64,000 bases of DNA from Candidatus Saccharimonadota bacterium (GCA_020428405.1 JAGQMZ010000002.1:33-64032); one strand, 5' to 3'; shown: positions 43,981-55,555, counted from the stretch's first letter. Notes: generated by a model not told the origin, from the sequence alone. Numbers and translations are program-made.

Positions 43981-44292
43981 TTATTCTCCTAAGTGACTCC
44001 CGATTAATTTTTCTCTGACTTCGCTTTGGTTTAAACCAAACCCAAGCTCACCCAACTGAGGGGCTAGTTGCTCGGCACGGTAATCTGCTAAATGTACACT
44101 CTCAATTTGGTTTGCTTCTTCAAGTGTAGCAACTTCATGGTCTAATACTCTAGCATCGCCTTCTGCTATTGCTACTTCGTCCCTGTCCCATGCCTGAGTT
44201 AAGGCTAGTAGTGATGATTCCTGCCTAAAAAGTGAGTCGCATTGTTCTTTTAACCCACCTACACAGTTATCACAGTTTTGCATTTTTTGCAT
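43981..44292 (-). CDS. Hypothetical acidic protein (103 aa) between rpsG and fusA
   Basis: SD AAGG 6-7 nt upstream. Starts 5 nt after the rpsG stop, and its TAA abuts the fusA ATG. The N-terminus has CDNC...C. Confidence 0.5.
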   Translation of the reverse strand: MQKMQNCDNCVGGLKEQCDSLFRQESSLLALTQAWDRDEVAIAEGDARVLDHEVATLEEANQIESVHLADYRAEQLAPQLGELGFGLNQSEVREKLIGSHLGE

Positions 44293-44297
44293 TATAT

Positions 44298-44774
44298 CTA
44301 CCTTGCAAAGTGAGCGAAGGCACGGTTAGCCTCGGCCATCTTATGTGCGTCTTCACGCTTCTTAACTGCTGCACCTGTGTTGTTGTATGCGTCCATAAGT
44401 TCCTGGGCAATGCGGTCTTCCATGCTCATACCTTTTCTAGCACGAGCAGCTGCTACAAACCACATAATTGTAAGGTGTTGCTGACGTTGACCTTTAACCT
44501 CAAAAGGAATCTGGTAGTTAGCACCACCAACACGCCTAGAACGAGTCTCTAACTGTGGTTGAATGTTCTTCATTGCCTGCTCAAAAACCTCTAGTGGGTT
44601 TTTAACCTTTAATTTATCGGCGGCTTTTTGCATTCCACCGTAAACTAAACGTTCTGCTATCTGTTTTTTTCCATCTAGCATTACGCGGTTAATTACTTTT
44701 TGAACTTGAACACTGTTGTATAGTCTGTCTGGTTTGATATCACGTACTAGTGATTTAGTCTTCTTCCTAGGCAT
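44298..44774 (-). CDS. rpsG: 30S ribosomal protein S7 (uS7)
   Basis: DGKKQIAERLVYG...LETRSRRVGGANYQIPFEV...NRAFAHFAR. Confidence 0.97.
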   Translation of the reverse strand: MPRKKTKSLVRDIKPDRLYNSVQVQKVINRVMLDGKKQIAERLVYGGMQKAADKLKVKNPLEVFEQAMKNIQPQLETRSRRVGGANYQIPFEVKGQRQQHLTIMWFVAAARARKGMSMEDRIAQELMDAYNNTGAAVKKREDAHKMAEANRAFAHFAR

Positions 44775-45187
44775 TATTTGCCTGCCTTTTTAGTACCGTA
44801 CTTAGAACGGCCTTGCTTGCGGTCTTGAACACCTTGAAGGTCAAGTGCACCACGAACAACGTGATAACGCACACCCGGAAGGTCTTTTACTCGTCCACCA
44901 CGAATCATTACCACAGCGTGTTCTTGTAGGTTATGGCCTTCTCCACCAATGTAAGCCCAAACTTCGTGACCGTTTTGCAAACGAACACGCGCTACTTTAC
45001 GTAGAGCAGAGTTAGGCTTTTTAGGGGTTTTGGTTGTAACCTTAACACAAACACCACGTTTAAATGGTGATGGCTTTTCATAGTTTGTAGTATTTAGATT
45101 ATTAACCACGCGGTGCAGTGCTGGAGACTTTGATTTCTTAGTCACCTTCTGGCGGGGTTTTCTAACTAACTGGTTAATAGTTGGCAT
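44774..45187 (-). CDS. rpsL: 30S ribosomal protein S12 (uS12)
   Basis: [12 protein letters not shown]...[45 protein letters not shown]. Confidence 0.98.
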   Translation of the reverse strand: MPTINQLVRKPRQKVTKKSKSPALHRVVNNLNTTNYEKPSPFKRGVCVKVTTKTPKKPNSALRKVARVRLQNGHEVWAYIGGEGHNLQEHAVVMIRGGRVKDLPGVRYHVVRGALDLQGVQDRKQGRSKYGTKKAGK

Positions 45188-45278
45188 TAAAATCCTTCTT
45201 GATTAATGATTGATTTGAGGGGAAATCCAGCACTAACTGCCCCTAATTTAAACTCGAGAATTAATTTTACCAGATATT

Positions 45279-48200
45279 TCACTTCTGTTCAACCGTTTTA
45301 GACTCCGCTTCGTCTTTTTCGTAAGCGTTATAGCCAGTACCAACCGGAATTAGACGACCAAGGATTACGTTCTCTTTAAGTCCGTAAAGATTATCCATCT
45401 TACCACTAGTTGCTGCGCCAATTAGTACACGGGTCGTATCCTGGAAGCTAGCTGCACTTAAGAATGACTCGGTAGATAGTGAAGCTTTGGTAATTCCAAG
45501 AAGTAACTGGTTGTAAGCAATCAAGTTCTTACCATCTTTCTCTAGTTTTTCGTTCTCATCTTGAACAGCCTGTTTACTAACAATGTCACCTGTTACGTAT
45601 TGGCTATCGCCTGCATCCTCAATCTGAACACGCGAGAACATTTGGCGAATTATGATCTCAAGGTGTTTATCAGCAATATTTTGTCCTTGTGAAGCAAAAA
45701 TTTTTAGAATTTCGTTCATTATATAGCGCTGAGTTGCTTCAACTCCCTGGAGCTTCATTAGTTCGTGCAGGTTAATAGAGCCATTTGTAAGTCTTTGACC
45801 CGCTACAACTTCATCTTTGTCTTTTACAGTTAACTGCTTAAAGCCAGGGATTTCATAGCGTACAGAATTTTGGCTACCAGGTGTAATGACAATTTTCTTT
45901 TTTAGAACTTTTGCTTTGCCAGCAACAGCAGCAACTATTGGGTTTGAACCTTCTTTTTCAGATGCGATTACATCACCAATGTTAACTTCGTCTCCGTCTG
46001 AGATATTTGCTTTTCTGTCTTCTAGTTGATAATCAACTTTTGCGTTGTCTTTGGCCTTAACTTCTACAATATAGCGATCGCCTTCTTCCCATACGTTTGC
46101 TATACCAGAAACTTCTGACAAGTAAGCTTGACCTTTTGGAGTTCTTACTTCGAATAACTCTTCAACACGTGGCAGACCAGTCGTAATGTCTTCACCGGCA
46201 ACACCACCAGAGTGGAATGTTCTTAAAGTTAGCTGCGTACCTGGCTCACCAATACTCTGTGCGGCAATCACACCAACTGGGTAATGATCTGCGACTAGTG
46301 CACCAGTTGCCGGGTCAATACCGTAGCTTTTCCGCGTAACACCGCGTGCATTCGTACAACTTAGCACACTCATAATTTTTACACCGTCAATATTTTTATC
46401 GGCATCAATTGCCTCTGCTATTTCCGCTGTTATTAACTCACCTTTTTTAACATATTTTTCAACATTTTGAGCCGCAAAACGACCTTCTAATCTAGAACCA
46501 TAGCTCACACCTATTTCATCGGCGTCTGAACGGAAGATAGAAAAGCCTGGATCACTATCATCGGTATCTACCGTAAATACATCTTGGCTAACATCTACCA
46601 AACGTCTAGTAAGGTAGCCTGAATCAGCAGTTTTAAGAGCCGTGTCAATCATTCCTTTTCGTGCTCCTCGAGTAGCAATAAAGTACTCAAGCGGTGTAAG
46701 CCCACGTTTGTAGCCAGACTTAATAGGTAATTCAATTGCTCTACCGGTTGCATCAGCCGTAACACCGAGCCAACCAACAGCCTGCTTAACCTGTCCAATA
46801 TTACCTCGAGCTCCAGATGTAACTGCTACTGACATCGCACTATCTTCATCTTCAAACTGTTCAGTAAGAGTTGATTGAACTTTAGAGTCTACTTCCATCC
46901 AATTTTCAACTGTCAAACGATATCGCTCTTCATCAGTTATAAAGCCTTGATCGTATTGTTCACTAATTTCTGCAGCCTTGCTTTCTCCTGCATCGATAAG
47001 ATCATCAAAGGTCTTTATTTCACTAAAGTCGTCCATGCCAAGGCTTAAACCTGAATATGTAGCATAATCAAACCCAATGTCTTTTAGCTCATCTGCAATT
47101 CTTGCAGTTTCGTCCTGACCATAACGTTGATAGGTAGCAGACATTACATTAGATAATTTCTTTTTTGTCATTGTGGCATCTTGAAACTCAAAATCTTCAG
47201 GAAATATTTCATTAAATAATATTCGTCCAAGTGTTGTTTGTCGTTGGCTACCCCTAAAAGGAAGACTTACTTTAGACTGTAAGACAATCTCTCCGGCGTC
47301 TAAAGCCATAATAGCTTCATCAAGACTAGCAAATCTGTTTATGACATCTTTTGTTTCTTTTCTTTGATATGTCAAGTAGTAACAACCTAGAACAATATCT
47401 TGGTCAATATGAAGAATAGGTGAACCGTCAGCCGGTTTTAGAAGATTCTTATTTGATGCCATTATTTCACGGGCTTCGGCTTGAGCCGCAACAGATAATG
47501 GTAAATGGACAGCCATTTGGTCGCCATCAAAATCAGCGTTAAATCCTTTACACACTAATGGATGAAGCTGGATTGCCTTACCTTCAATCAATATTGGTTG
47601 AAAAGACTGAACACTTAAACGGTGAAGTGATGGAGCACGGTTTAGAAGCACATACTTGCCTTTAATTACTTCGTCTAACGCATCCCAAACCGGTGTTTCC
47701 CCAGATTCAATCATCCTTGTAGCGGAACGAATATTGTGTGCATGATCATTTAAAATTAAATTACCAATAACAAACGGCTTAAACAACTCGAGTGCCATCA
47801 TCTTAGGTAGCCCACATTGATTAATCTTAAGCTCAGGACCAGCAACAATTACTGAGCGACCAGAGTAATCTACACGTTTACCTAGTAAATTCTGACGGAA
47901 TCGTCCCTGTTTACCCTTTAACATATCGCTTAATGATTTTAATCGTCGTCTTTGACCGGTTGCGGCAACCGCACGGCCACTTCTGGCGTTTCCGTTATCT
48001 ATTAGTGCATCGACAGCCTCTTGTAGCATACGTTGTTCATTTCTACGGATAACTTCCGGGGCATTTAGTTCAATCAGCTTCTTAAGTCGGTTATTACGAT
48101 TAATAACACGTCTGTACAGATCATTCATATCACTTGTAGCAAATCGTCCACCTGTTAACTGAACCATAGGACGTAGATCTGGAGGAATTACCGGCAAAAC

Positions 48201-49088
48201 TGAAACACACATTGAGTTTGGTTTAATGCCTGCGCGCTCCATACTTTCAAGCAATCGTAATCGTTTAAATAGTTTTTTCTTTCTTTGGCCTTTCGCTTCT
48301 TCTGCCTCGTCTGTTAGCTGCTTGATAAGCTCAGTAAGGTCAATCGTGTCTAATAATTCTTTTATAACCTCACCGCCCATACCAACTTCTACAATATCTA
48401 ATAGTTCGTCAGGCAAGTTATTGTATTCAGATTCTGATAGTAGATTGAGCTTAACAAGTGATTCAATTTGCCCTTTTACGGTCTCGAACTGTTCAGCAAC
48501 TTCGTCAAGTTCTTTAGTACGCATTTCCGCAAGCGCTTTAACATTTGCGTCTTCTGCTTCTGCCTCTTTTTCGTAACGAGCTTTTATGGCTTCTTGAGCT
48601 GCTGCAAACTCGGCTTCTTTATCAGAAAGCATCTTGTCACGTTTTGCTTCATCAACATTTTTAACTATGTAACTAGCAAAATATGCCACGCGCTCTAAAT
48701 TCTTAACAGTCATCCCAAGGAGCAGGCCAATTGCTGAAGGCATGCCCCTAAGAAACCATATGTGTGCAACTGGGCTAGCTAAACTAATATGGCCCATACG
48801 TTCACGGCGAACAATTGATTTAGTTACAATCTCACCTTTTTTATCAACTGCTGCTTCACGTGAGCGTACACCTTTGTATTTCGCATCATGTGGATTTATA
48901 TCCTTTACCGGCCCAAAAATTCGCTCACAAAATAGCCCATCACGTTCTGGTTTTTGAGTACGATAGTTAATTGTCTCTGGTTTTGTGACTTCTCCGTAAG
49001 ACCATTCGATTATGTCATCCGAACTTGCTACTGCAAGTCTTACAGCATCAAAATCAGAAATCGTAGGTCCGCCTGAATAACGTTTCAT
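45279..49088 (-). CDS. rpoC: DNA-directed RNA polymerase subunit beta'
   Basis: [16 protein letters not shown] catalytic motif. About 1270 aa. Start overlaps the rpoB stop (TAATG). Confidence 0.98.
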   Translation of the reverse strand: MKRYSGGPTISDFDAVRLAVASSDDIIEWSYGEVTKPETINYRTQKPERDGLFCERIFGPVKDINPHDAKYKGVRSREAAVDKKGEIVTKSIVRRERMGHISLASPVAHIWFLRGMPSAIGLLLGMTVKNLERVAYFASYIVKNVDEAKRDKMLSDKEAEFAAAQEAIKARYEKEAEAEDANVKALAEMRTKELDEVAEQFETVKGQIESLVKLNLLSESEYNNLPDELLDIVEVGMGGEVIKELLDTIDLTELIKQLTDEAEEAKGQRKKKLFKRLRLLESMERAGIKPNSMCVSVLPVIPPDLRPMVQLTGGRFATSDMNDLYRRVINRNNRLKKLIELNAPEVIRRNEQRMLQEAVDALIDNGNARSGRAVAATGQRRRLKSLSDMLKGKQGRFRQNLLGKRVDYSGRSVIVAGPELKINQCGLPKMMALELFKPFVIGNLILNDHAHNIRSATRMIESGETPVWDALDEVIKGKYVLLNRAPSLHRLSVQSFQPILIEGKAIQLHPLVCKGFNADFDGDQMAVHLPLSVAAQAEAREIMASNKNLLKPADGSPILHIDQDIVLGCYYLTYQRKETKDVINRFASLDEAIMALDAGEIVLQSKVSLPFRGSQRQTTLGRILFNEIFPEDFEFQDATMTKKKLSNVMSATYQRYGQDETARIADELKDIGFDYATYSGLSLGMDDFSEIKTFDDLIDAGESKAAEISEQYDQGFITDEERYRLTVENWMEVDSKVQSTLTEQFEDEDSAMSVAVTSGARGNIGQVKQAVGWLGVTADATGRAIELPIKSGYKRGLTPLEYFIATRGARKGMIDTALKTADSGYLTRRLVDVSQDVFTVDTDDSDPGFSIFRSDADEIGVSYGSRLEGRFAAQNVEKYVKKGELITAEIAEAIDADKNIDGVKIMSVLSCTNARGVTRKSYGIDPATGALVADHYPVGVIAAQSIGEPGTQLTLRTFHSGGVAGEDITTGLPRVEELFEVRTPKGQAYLSEVSGIANVWEEGDRYIVEVKAKDNAKVDYQLEDRKANISDGDEVNIGDVIASEKEGSNPIVAAVAGKAKVLKKKIVITPGSQNSVRYEIPGFKQLTVKDKDEVVAGQRLTNGSINLHELMKLQGVEATQRYIMNEILKIFASQGQNIADKHLEIIIRQMFSRVQIEDAGDSQYVTGDIVSKQAVQDENEKLEKDGKNLIAYNQLLLGITKASLSTESFLSAASFQDTTRVLIGAATSGKMDNLYGLKENVILGRLIPVGTGYNAYEKDEAESKTVEQK

Positions 49089-52000
49089 TACGCTGTCTCC
49101 TTACTTTGATTATTTTCTTGTTCGGCAGCTTCTGAAACCTTTTCGTGAATTTGATCGTCTATATCCATAATGTCAAATTCATCAATTCCCTCTTCTGCAC
49201 TCAAATCGATGTCTGATGCCTCCGGTGCCGGAACATCTACATCAGACTGGTGTTCTGCCTCGTCCTTAATAGTTTCAGCTAAGACATCTTCAGCATCTAC
49301 CGATTCATTTGAAAGAACTAAGTCGACTTTCAAGCCCAAACCTTGCAGTTCTTTAACAAGCACGTTGAAGCTCTCTGGTACCTTTGGCCCAACAATCGGC
49401 ATGCTCTTAATAATGGATTCATATGCCTTTGATCGCCCGTAAACATCGTCTGACTTAATGGTAAGCATTTCTTGCAAAGTATGAGCGGCACCATACGCTT
49501 CAAGTGCCCATACTTCCATTTCACCAAATCTTTGTCCACCATTTTGTGCTTTACCGCCTAACGGCTGCTGGGTAACCATTGTATATGGACCAGTTGACCT
49601 TGCGTGGATCTTATCGACAATCATGTGATTAAGCTTAATCATGTACATGCTTCCTACCGTTGTGCGTTCGCTAAATGCTTCACCTGTTCGGCCATCGTAT
49701 AATTGCTGTTTTCCATCTTCTGGTAAACCGGCTTCTTTTAACAGGTCCTGAATTTTTTGAATCGGAACACCCTTAAACGATGGTGAAGCAACATGAAGTC
49801 CTAACATTTTAGCTGCCATTCCAAGATGAGTCTCGAAAAGCTGACCTATGTTCATTCTTGAAGGGACACCCAAAGGGTTAAGAATAATATCTACAGGTGT
49901 TCCATCTTCCATAAACGGCATATCCTCTACAGGTAGTACGCTAGCAATTACACCTTTGTTACCATGACGTCCGCCAAGCTTATCACCAACCGCAATCTTA
50001 CGCATTTGAGCAACAAATACCTGTACCTGCATAATCACACCGGCTTTTAAGTCATGTCCATTCTCTCTGGAGAATACCTTTACACCAACAACTTTCCCAT
50101 GTTTTCCGTTACTCATGCGTTGAGATGTATCACGCACATCTTTGGCTTTTTCGCCAAAAATTGCACGCAATAGTCTTTCTTCGCTAGAAAGTTCTTGTTC
50201 ACCTTTTGGAGTAATCTTTCCAACAAGAATATCACCAGGGTGAACATCGGCGCCAATTGTTACTATTCCATCCTCATCTAAATGTCGGAGTGCTTCTTCG
50301 GAGACATTCGGGATATCGCGCGTTACAATTTCAGGGCCAAGCTTGGTTTCGCGTACCTCAGTCATATAATCAACAATATGAATAGATGAAAGCGTGTCAT
50401 CTTCCACAAGATTTCTGGATACAATAATTGCATCTTCAAAATTGTAGCCAGACCATGGCATGAATGCAGCAACCAAGTCCTTACCTAGAGCCAGCTCACC
50501 ACCATCAATAGACATACCTTCAATCAGAGCATCACCAGCTTTAACCTTATCACCCTGAGAAACGACAACTTTTTGATTAATACAAGAACCCTCGTTACTT
50601 CTTATAAAGTGATCTGGTTTGTACGTAATCTTGCCGAGTTTTTTATATTTCACCGTAACTTCATCAGCAGTTGCTACTAACACTTCGCCGGATTCTTCAG
50701 CCAGAATCAGCTGCCCAGTATTTTTAGCAACTTGAGACTCCATACCAGTTCCAACAAGTGGACGTTGGGGTTTTACAAGTGGTACGGCTTGGCGCTGCTG
50801 ATTACTACCCATTAAGCTTCTGTAAACATAATTTTTTTCTATGAAAGGAATAAGTCCAGCACTTGAACCGATAATTTGACTTTCTGATGCGTCAATATGT
50901 GTAATTTCATCGGCATCTACCTCACCAGTAGCAAGCTTAATACGGGCTGAAATTCGTTCGTTAACAAAATGGCTATCTTTTATTTCCTCGCCGGCACTAG
51001 CAATTACTGCTTTTTCTTCTTCAGCAGCATCTAAGTAAACAATTTTGTTAGTCACCGTAGCTTTAACGGGCCATGTTTTCCTGGATTTTACAGCGGCTAG
51101 CTTTTTTGCAGCAGCTTCTGTTATTTTTGTGCCAGCTTTTATTAGTAACTTACCGCTATCGTCTTCTAGGTCAACACTTGCAATATAGCCAGCAGCATCT
51201 TTAGCAGTAACGGCATTTATGACCTTTATGTAAGGTGTTTCAACAAAACCATATTCATTAATCCTAGCGTACAAGGCAAGATTCAATACTAATCCGATAT
51301 TTGCACCTTCTGGAGTTTCTACCGCACAGATTCTACCATAGTGAGTTGCGTGAGCATCACGAACTTCAAAACCGGCTCGCTCTCTAGACAACCCGCCAGG
51401 ACCCATTGAACTTAAACGTCTCTTATGAGCAAGTTCACTAAGCGGGTTAATATGATCCATAAACTGAGAAAGCTGTGAACTTGCAAAAAATTCACGAACT
51501 GCCGCTACAATTGGTCGAGCATTAATTAGCTGCCCGGGGGTAACTGTGTCTATCTCGCTCATACTCATGCGGTCTTTAGTATTTCGTTCCATGCGCAACA
51601 GGCCGATTCTAAATTGACGCTGAACTAACTCACCAACAAGCTTTACTCGACGATTAGCCAGACTATCAATATCGTCAGCATCTTCCCCCGTATTATTTAA
51701 ACGGATAACCTCTGCAATTATTGCTTGCAAATCTTCTAGACGCATAACCCTGTTCTCTATTGTGTTGGGTATATCCATATCTAGACGCTTGTTAATCTTG
51801 TATCTTCCAACTCGACTAAAATCAAAACGTTTAAAGTTGTAGAACATATTTTCAATTAGCGAGCGTGCATTATCTACAGTCGCAAGATCACCCGGACGAA
51901 GGCGCCGGTATACTTCAATTAGGGCCTCACTGTTACCTTTAGCCTGATCTTTTTCTAGCGTTGCATCAATATAGCTGTCCTTACCCTGGTCAACGTGACT

Positions 52001-52624
52001 GAATGCTCCTTTGATATCAGATTCGCTCATTCCAAGCGCTTTTAAGAGTGTGGTTATTGGAATTTTACGTTTTCTATCAATTTTTACATACATTGCCCGA
52101 TTTGGAGCTGTCTCAAATTCAAGCCAAGCCCCACGACCCGGTATAACCTTTGCTCCGAATAACTTACCAGAAGCATGTTGTTCTGCAGTAAAGAAAACGC
52201 CAGCCGATCTAATTAGCTGGCTTACAACAACTCTTTCAGCTCCATTGATAATAAATGTACCTCGAGACGTCATCCAGGGATAATCGCCAAGATATATTTC
52301 TTGGTCGCTTACCTCGCCAGTAACTTTATTTGTTAAAGTTACTGTAGCTTTAAGCGGAGCTTCATAAGACACATTATTCTCACGGGCTTCTGTCTCTGAG
52401 GTCTTTGGCTCGTCAAAATGATAATCCTTAAAGCTTAGCGTAAGTTTTGTTCCTGTATAGTCTTCAATCGGACTAATTTCAGCAAGTAACTCACCTAGCC
52501 CTTCTTCGATAAACCATTGAAACGATTTGTTTTGATGATCCACTAGGTTTGGTAGATCAAGTACGTTATCTTTTTGTGTAAAGTACGTGCGCTTACTTAG
52601 CGCAGTTGTAGACGTCTTTGCCAT
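49088..52624 (-). CDS. rpoB: DNA-directed RNA polymerase subunit beta
   Basis: Canonical beta motifs (GRHGNKGVI, FGEMEVWALEAYGAA). The ATG at 52624 with AAGGAGAG upstream is preferred to the track start at 52672. Confidence 0.98.
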   Translation of the reverse strand: MAKTSTTALSKRTYFTQKDNVLDLPNLVDHQNKSFQWFIEEGLGELLAEISPIEDYTGTKLTLSFKDYHFDEPKTSETEARENNVSYEAPLKATVTLTNKVTGEVSDQEIYLGDYPWMTSRGTFIINGAERVVVSQLIRSAGVFFTAEQHASGKLFGAKVIPGRGAWLEFETAPNRAMYVKIDRKRKIPITTLLKALGMSESDIKGAFSHVDQGKDSYIDATLEKDQAKGNSEALIEVYRRLRPGDLATVDNARSLIENMFYNFKRFDFSRVGRYKINKRLDMDIPNTIENRVMRLEDLQAIIAEVIRLNNTGEDADDIDSLANRRVKLVGELVQRQFRIGLLRMERNTKDRMSMSEIDTVTPGQLINARPIVAAVREFFASSQLSQFMDHINPLSELAHKRRLSSMGPGGLSRERAGFEVRDAHATHYGRICAVETPEGANIGLVLNLALYARINEYGFVETPYIKVINAVTAKDAAGYIASVDLEDDSGKLLIKAGTKITEAAAKKLAAVKSRKTWPVKATVTNKIVYLDAAEEEKAVIASAGEEIKDSHFVNERISARIKLATGEVDADEITHIDASESQIIGSSAGLIPFIEKNYVYRSLMGSNQQRQAVPLVKPQRPLVGTGMESQVAKNTGQLILAEESGEVLVATADEVTVKYKKLGKITYKPDHFIRSNEGSCINQKVVVSQGDKVKAGDALIEGMSIDGGELALGKDLVAAFMPWSGYNFEDAIIVSRNLVEDDTLSSIHIVDYMTEVRETKLGPEIVTRDIPNVSEEALRHLDEDGIVTIGADVHPGDILVGKITPKGEQELSSEERLLRAIFGEKAKDVRDTSQRMSNGKHGKVVGVKVFSRENGHDLKAGVIMQVQVFVAQMRKIAVGDKLGGRHGNKGVIASVLPVEDMPFMEDGTPVDIILNPLGVPSRMNIGQLFETHLGMAAKMLGLHVASPSFKGVPIQKIQDLLKEAGLPEDGKQQLYDGRTGEAFSERTTVGSMYMIKLNHMIVDKIHARSTGPYTMVTQQPLGGKAQNGGQRFGEMEVWALEAYGAAHTLQEMLTIKSDDVYGRSKAYESIIKSMPIVGPKVPESFNVLVKELQGLGLKVDLVLSNESVDAEDVLAETIKDEAEHQSDVDVPAPEASDIDLSAEEGIDEFDIMDIDDQIHEKVSEAAEQENNQSKETA

Positions 52625-52792
52625 ACTTGGTGACACTCTCCTTGAGTTGTATGCACTAATAAACTGCCGCATGTGCGTCAGATTTTACTAATGTAAACTT
52701 AAATTTTGATAATGCGCGCGAAGAACCTAAGCTTTCGGAGCCAATAATTTTTATAAATTACAGCAATGCCCGCTTACTCTACTTCTGTGATT

Positions 52793-52821
52793 ATATTACA
52801 TAATTTTCAGACTGTGTGCAA
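52793..52821 (-). promoter_or_regulatory. Candidate rpoBC promoter
   Basis: TTGCAC (52816-52821), N17, TAATAT (52793-52798) on the minus strand. Confidence 0.35.
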
Positions 52822-52837
52822 TAGTTTTTTAGTTTAT

Positions 52838-53422
52838 TTATAAAACAGAATCAACTATGCCGTACTTTTTTGCTTCTTCTGCGCTTAGCCAAAAATCCCT
52901 TTCAACATCTTTTTCAATCTTCTTTAGGGGTTGGTTAGTATTTTTTGCGAGTATTTGGTTTAACACTTTTTTAAGCCTTAAGCCTTCTTTTAAGTCAATC
53001 TCCATATCGCTAACTTTACCTTTAGTGCCAGCTGATGGCTGATGGATCATAACCGTAGCATGAGGCAATAAATGCCTTTTGTCTTTTGTTCCTGAACTTA
53101 GTAAAAAGGCCGCAGCGCTGGCTTGAACGCCAATGCCTACGGTCTGAACATCACATTTTACATAATTCATGGTGTCGTAAATTGCAAATGCATCATAAAC
53201 ACTGCCACCAGGGCTGTTTATGTAAAACTTAATATCCGCTTTTGGGTTGTCATTTTCTAAAAACAACATCTGGGCAACTATTAAGTTAGCCGTATGTTCA
53301 TTAACTTCAGTGCCTAAAAATATTATTCTGTCTTTAAGTAGCCTAGAGTATATATCGAAAGCTCTTTCATACCGGCCTTCTTGCTCAATTACTGTTGGTA
53401 CTAGCGTTGAGTTCTTTACCAT
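52838..53422 (-). CDS. clpP: ATP-dependent Clp protease proteolytic subunit
   Basis: [33 protein letters not shown] and catalytic [11 protein letters not shown]...MIHQP. Confidence 0.96.
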   Translation of the reverse strand: MVKNSTLVPTVIEQEGRYERAFDIYSRLLKDRIIFLGTEVNEHTANLIVAQMLFLENDNPKADIKFYINSPGGSVYDAFAIYDTMNYVKCDVQTVGIGVQASAAAFLLSSGTKDKRHLLPHATVMIHQPSAGTKGKVSDMEIDLKEGLRLKKVLNQILAKNTNQPLKKIEKDVERDFWLSAEEAKKYGIVDSVL

Positions 53423-53439
53423 GCTTCAATATTATAAAG

Positions 53440-53466
53440 TTAGCACTCTCATGTCAAGAGTGCTAG
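53440..53466. promoter_or_regulatory. CIRCE-like inverted repeat (HrcA operator) overlapping the clpP promoter
   Basis: TTAGCACTC-N9-GAGTGCTAG compared with the consensus TTAGCACTC-N9-GAGTGCTAA. The N9 contains TTGACA (minus, 53452-53457). The -10 is TAATAT/TATAAT at 53429-53436, 6-8 nt before the clpP ATG. Confidence 0.65.
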
Positions 53467-53494
53467 TTCGTTGTCTTTATACGGTGCGGTTACG

Positions 53495-53749
53495 TTAGCT
53501 GTTAGAGTCTGCACCTAAAATTTCAAGTTGTGCAAGTTTTTCAAATTGTAATCCAGGATTAGCCAGTACCGGAAAATTAGCAAGCTGTCTTTCGTCAGGT
53601 CTAACTATTCCGTTTATTATATCTTTGTCAAAACCGGCGTTTGTTAGCATCAATGCGTACTTGCCTACACACTCTGGGGTGATTTCATTGTTATCTGGCC
53701 TAGCCTCAATTCCTATAGCTAAACTAAATGATTCTTTATTACTAGACAT
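53495..53749 (-). CDS. Hypothetical small protein (84 aa) between tig and clpP
   Basis: ORF preceded by TGGTATAAT, with 6 nt between TATAAT and the ATG (leaderless-type). No family recognised. Confidence 0.4.
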   Translation of the reverse strand: MSSNKESFSLAIGIEARPDNNEITPECVGKYALMLTNAGFDKDIINGIVRPDERQLANFPVLANPGLQFEKLAQLEILGADSNS

Positions 53750-53764
53750 ATAGGTATTATACCA

Positions 53765-55054
53765 TTATTTGTCGTTTGTCGCAATGCTTAATATGTGCTC
53801 CAAAGTCTTTTCGGTAATCATCCTTGAAGCTATGTCTTGCTTAGTCTCCGGTTTGTCAAGTTCTGCTTTCATAGCAGGGTCCGTGTACTGGCCTTTCAAT
53901 AGCTGCATCCGCATATCAACTTCTTCTGGTGTTACATCAATCTTCTCGTTGTGCGAAATCTCAGAGAGAACTAGTCCTGTCTTGACACGTTGTTCGGCTT
54001 CTGGCTTTAACTTTGCTTTATCAAATTCTTCTTCAGTCATACCCTCAAGCTCTAACATTTCTTGCCAGGTTTGATCTTTGTAGACTAAGTTTTGCTTAAC
54101 TTCAGTTTTTAGTCGCCCCAATTGTTCGTCAATAAGTGACTCTGGCAAATCTACCTTACTTTTATCAACGATCTCGTTAACTATTGAATTTTCTAGAGCT
54201 CTGGTAGCCTGCGTTTCCTTTTCTTGCTGAAGCTGAGTTTTAATATCTTTTTTTAGCGCTGCTAGGTTTTCAAAAGAACCAATCTTTTTTGCAAACTCGT
54301 CATCAAGCTTAGCTTTTTTAAGCTCCTGCACATTTTTAACAATAACTGTAAATTTAGCTTTCTTATTAGCCAGGGCCTTTACGCCGTAATCTTTAGGGAA
54401 ACTAATATCAAATACCTTGTCTTCACCGGCTTTTAGACCAACAATGTTTTCTTCAAAGCCTGGAATAAAAGTGTTGCTGCCAAGAGTTAATGGGTAATCT
54501 TTACCATCTGCACCGCTAATAGCATTGCCCTTTTCATCTTTACCAGAAAAGTCAATTGTTACTTGATTACCATTTTTTGCAGCGCGTTTTACATCAACCT
54601 TTTCAGCCCCCTTTGCCTGTAGATCTTCCAAAACTTTTTTTACATCATCTGCTGTAACTGTTGGTTTTTCTTGCTTTTTTTTGATTGATTTATAGTTTGG
54701 CAAATCAATTTTGCCAATTACTTCTGTCGCGGCATCAAACTCTAGTTCTGTATAAGGCACAAACTTTTTGAGCGTTACTTGTGGAGCACCAACTGGCCGG
54801 ATATCGCTTTTTCTTACGGCATTAACGTAAAGTTTGTTTACTGCTTTGTCAACAACCTTGGATTGCAAAACTTGGTCATCAACATTTTTTTCAACTACGG
54901 AAAGTGGAGCTTTGCCTTCTCTAAATCCAGAAACCTTAGTAGTGTTTGCAAGTTCTTTTAAAACTGCGTCTTTTACCACACTTAAGTCTTTGCTATCAGC
55001 AACGATTGTTAGTGTAATTTTAGTTGGGTTATTTTGCTTTGTCGTTATATGCAT
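53765..55054 (-). CDS. tig: Trigger factor
   Basis: N-terminal ribosome-binding GFREGKAP motif, central FKBP-like domain, ~430 aa. Located upstream of clpP. Confidence 0.93.
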   Translation of the reverse strand: MHITTKQNNPTKITLTIVADSKDLSVVKDAVLKELANTTKVSGFREGKAPLSVVEKNVDDQVLQSKVVDKAVNKLYVNAVRKSDIRPVGAPQVTLKKFVPYTELEFDAATEVIGKIDLPNYKSIKKKQEKPTVTADDVKKVLEDLQAKGAEKVDVKRAAKNGNQVTIDFSGKDEKGNAISGADGKDYPLTLGSNTFIPGFEENIVGLKAGEDKVFDISFPKDYGVKALANKKAKFTVIVKNVQELKKAKLDDEFAKKIGSFENLAALKKDIKTQLQQEKETQATRALENSIVNEIVDKSKVDLPESLIDEQLGRLKTEVKQNLVYKDQTWQEMLELEGMTEEEFDKAKLKPEAEQRVKTGLVLSEISHNEKIDVTPEEVDMRMQLLKGQYTDPAMKAELDKPETKQDIASRMITEKTLEHILSIATNDK

Positions 55055-55093
55055 AGAAAGCTACTCTAACAGAGTAATGACCGTTTGTCTAGA

Positions 55094-55555
55094 TTAGCTG
55101 AATAGTATCCGGTTTAGAATAATTGTGAAAACTACAAACCAAACCATTTCAACAATCCAACCCCAAGAACGCTCCCATTGCTGGATGGTTTTATGAAACT
55201 TTCTAATAATATCCCACTCTTTATCTGCACCAGAAAGGTCAGCTTTATAGTGGCTCAGCCACATGATATCTGGAATTGCCGCCAGCAGGCCACCCAAAGG
55301 TAACAGCCACCAATCGTAGCCAACTTTATACCCCGCAAACCCTACTATTACTAAAAATGCGGTGAGCACAATTCCATCAGTTGTCAAAATATATCTAAAC
55401 TCCTTAGATTTGACTGAAGCAACGGTATGAGCCCCAAAATGTGGTAAGGCATCAAGTGCAAAATGAGACAAAAATGCAAGTGTTAATCCTAATGCTGGAT
55501 TAACAACAGTCGCAGCAATAACCGCTCCGGTTAAAGCGTGGTTAGTTGCTGTCAT
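55094..55555 (-). CDS. Small integral membrane protein, possibly a YdjM/DUF457-like metal-dependent hydrolase
   Basis: Four hydrophobic helices with HALTG...SHFALDALPH motifs. Weak family assignment. Confidence 0.4.
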   Translation of the reverse strand: MTATNHALTGAVIAATVVNPALGLTLAFLSHFALDALPHFGAHTVASVKSKEFRYILTTDGIVLTAFLVIVGFAGYKVGYDWWLLPLGGLLAAIPDIMWLSHYKADLSGADKEWDIIRKFHKTIQQWERSWGWIVEMVWFVVFTIILNRILFS

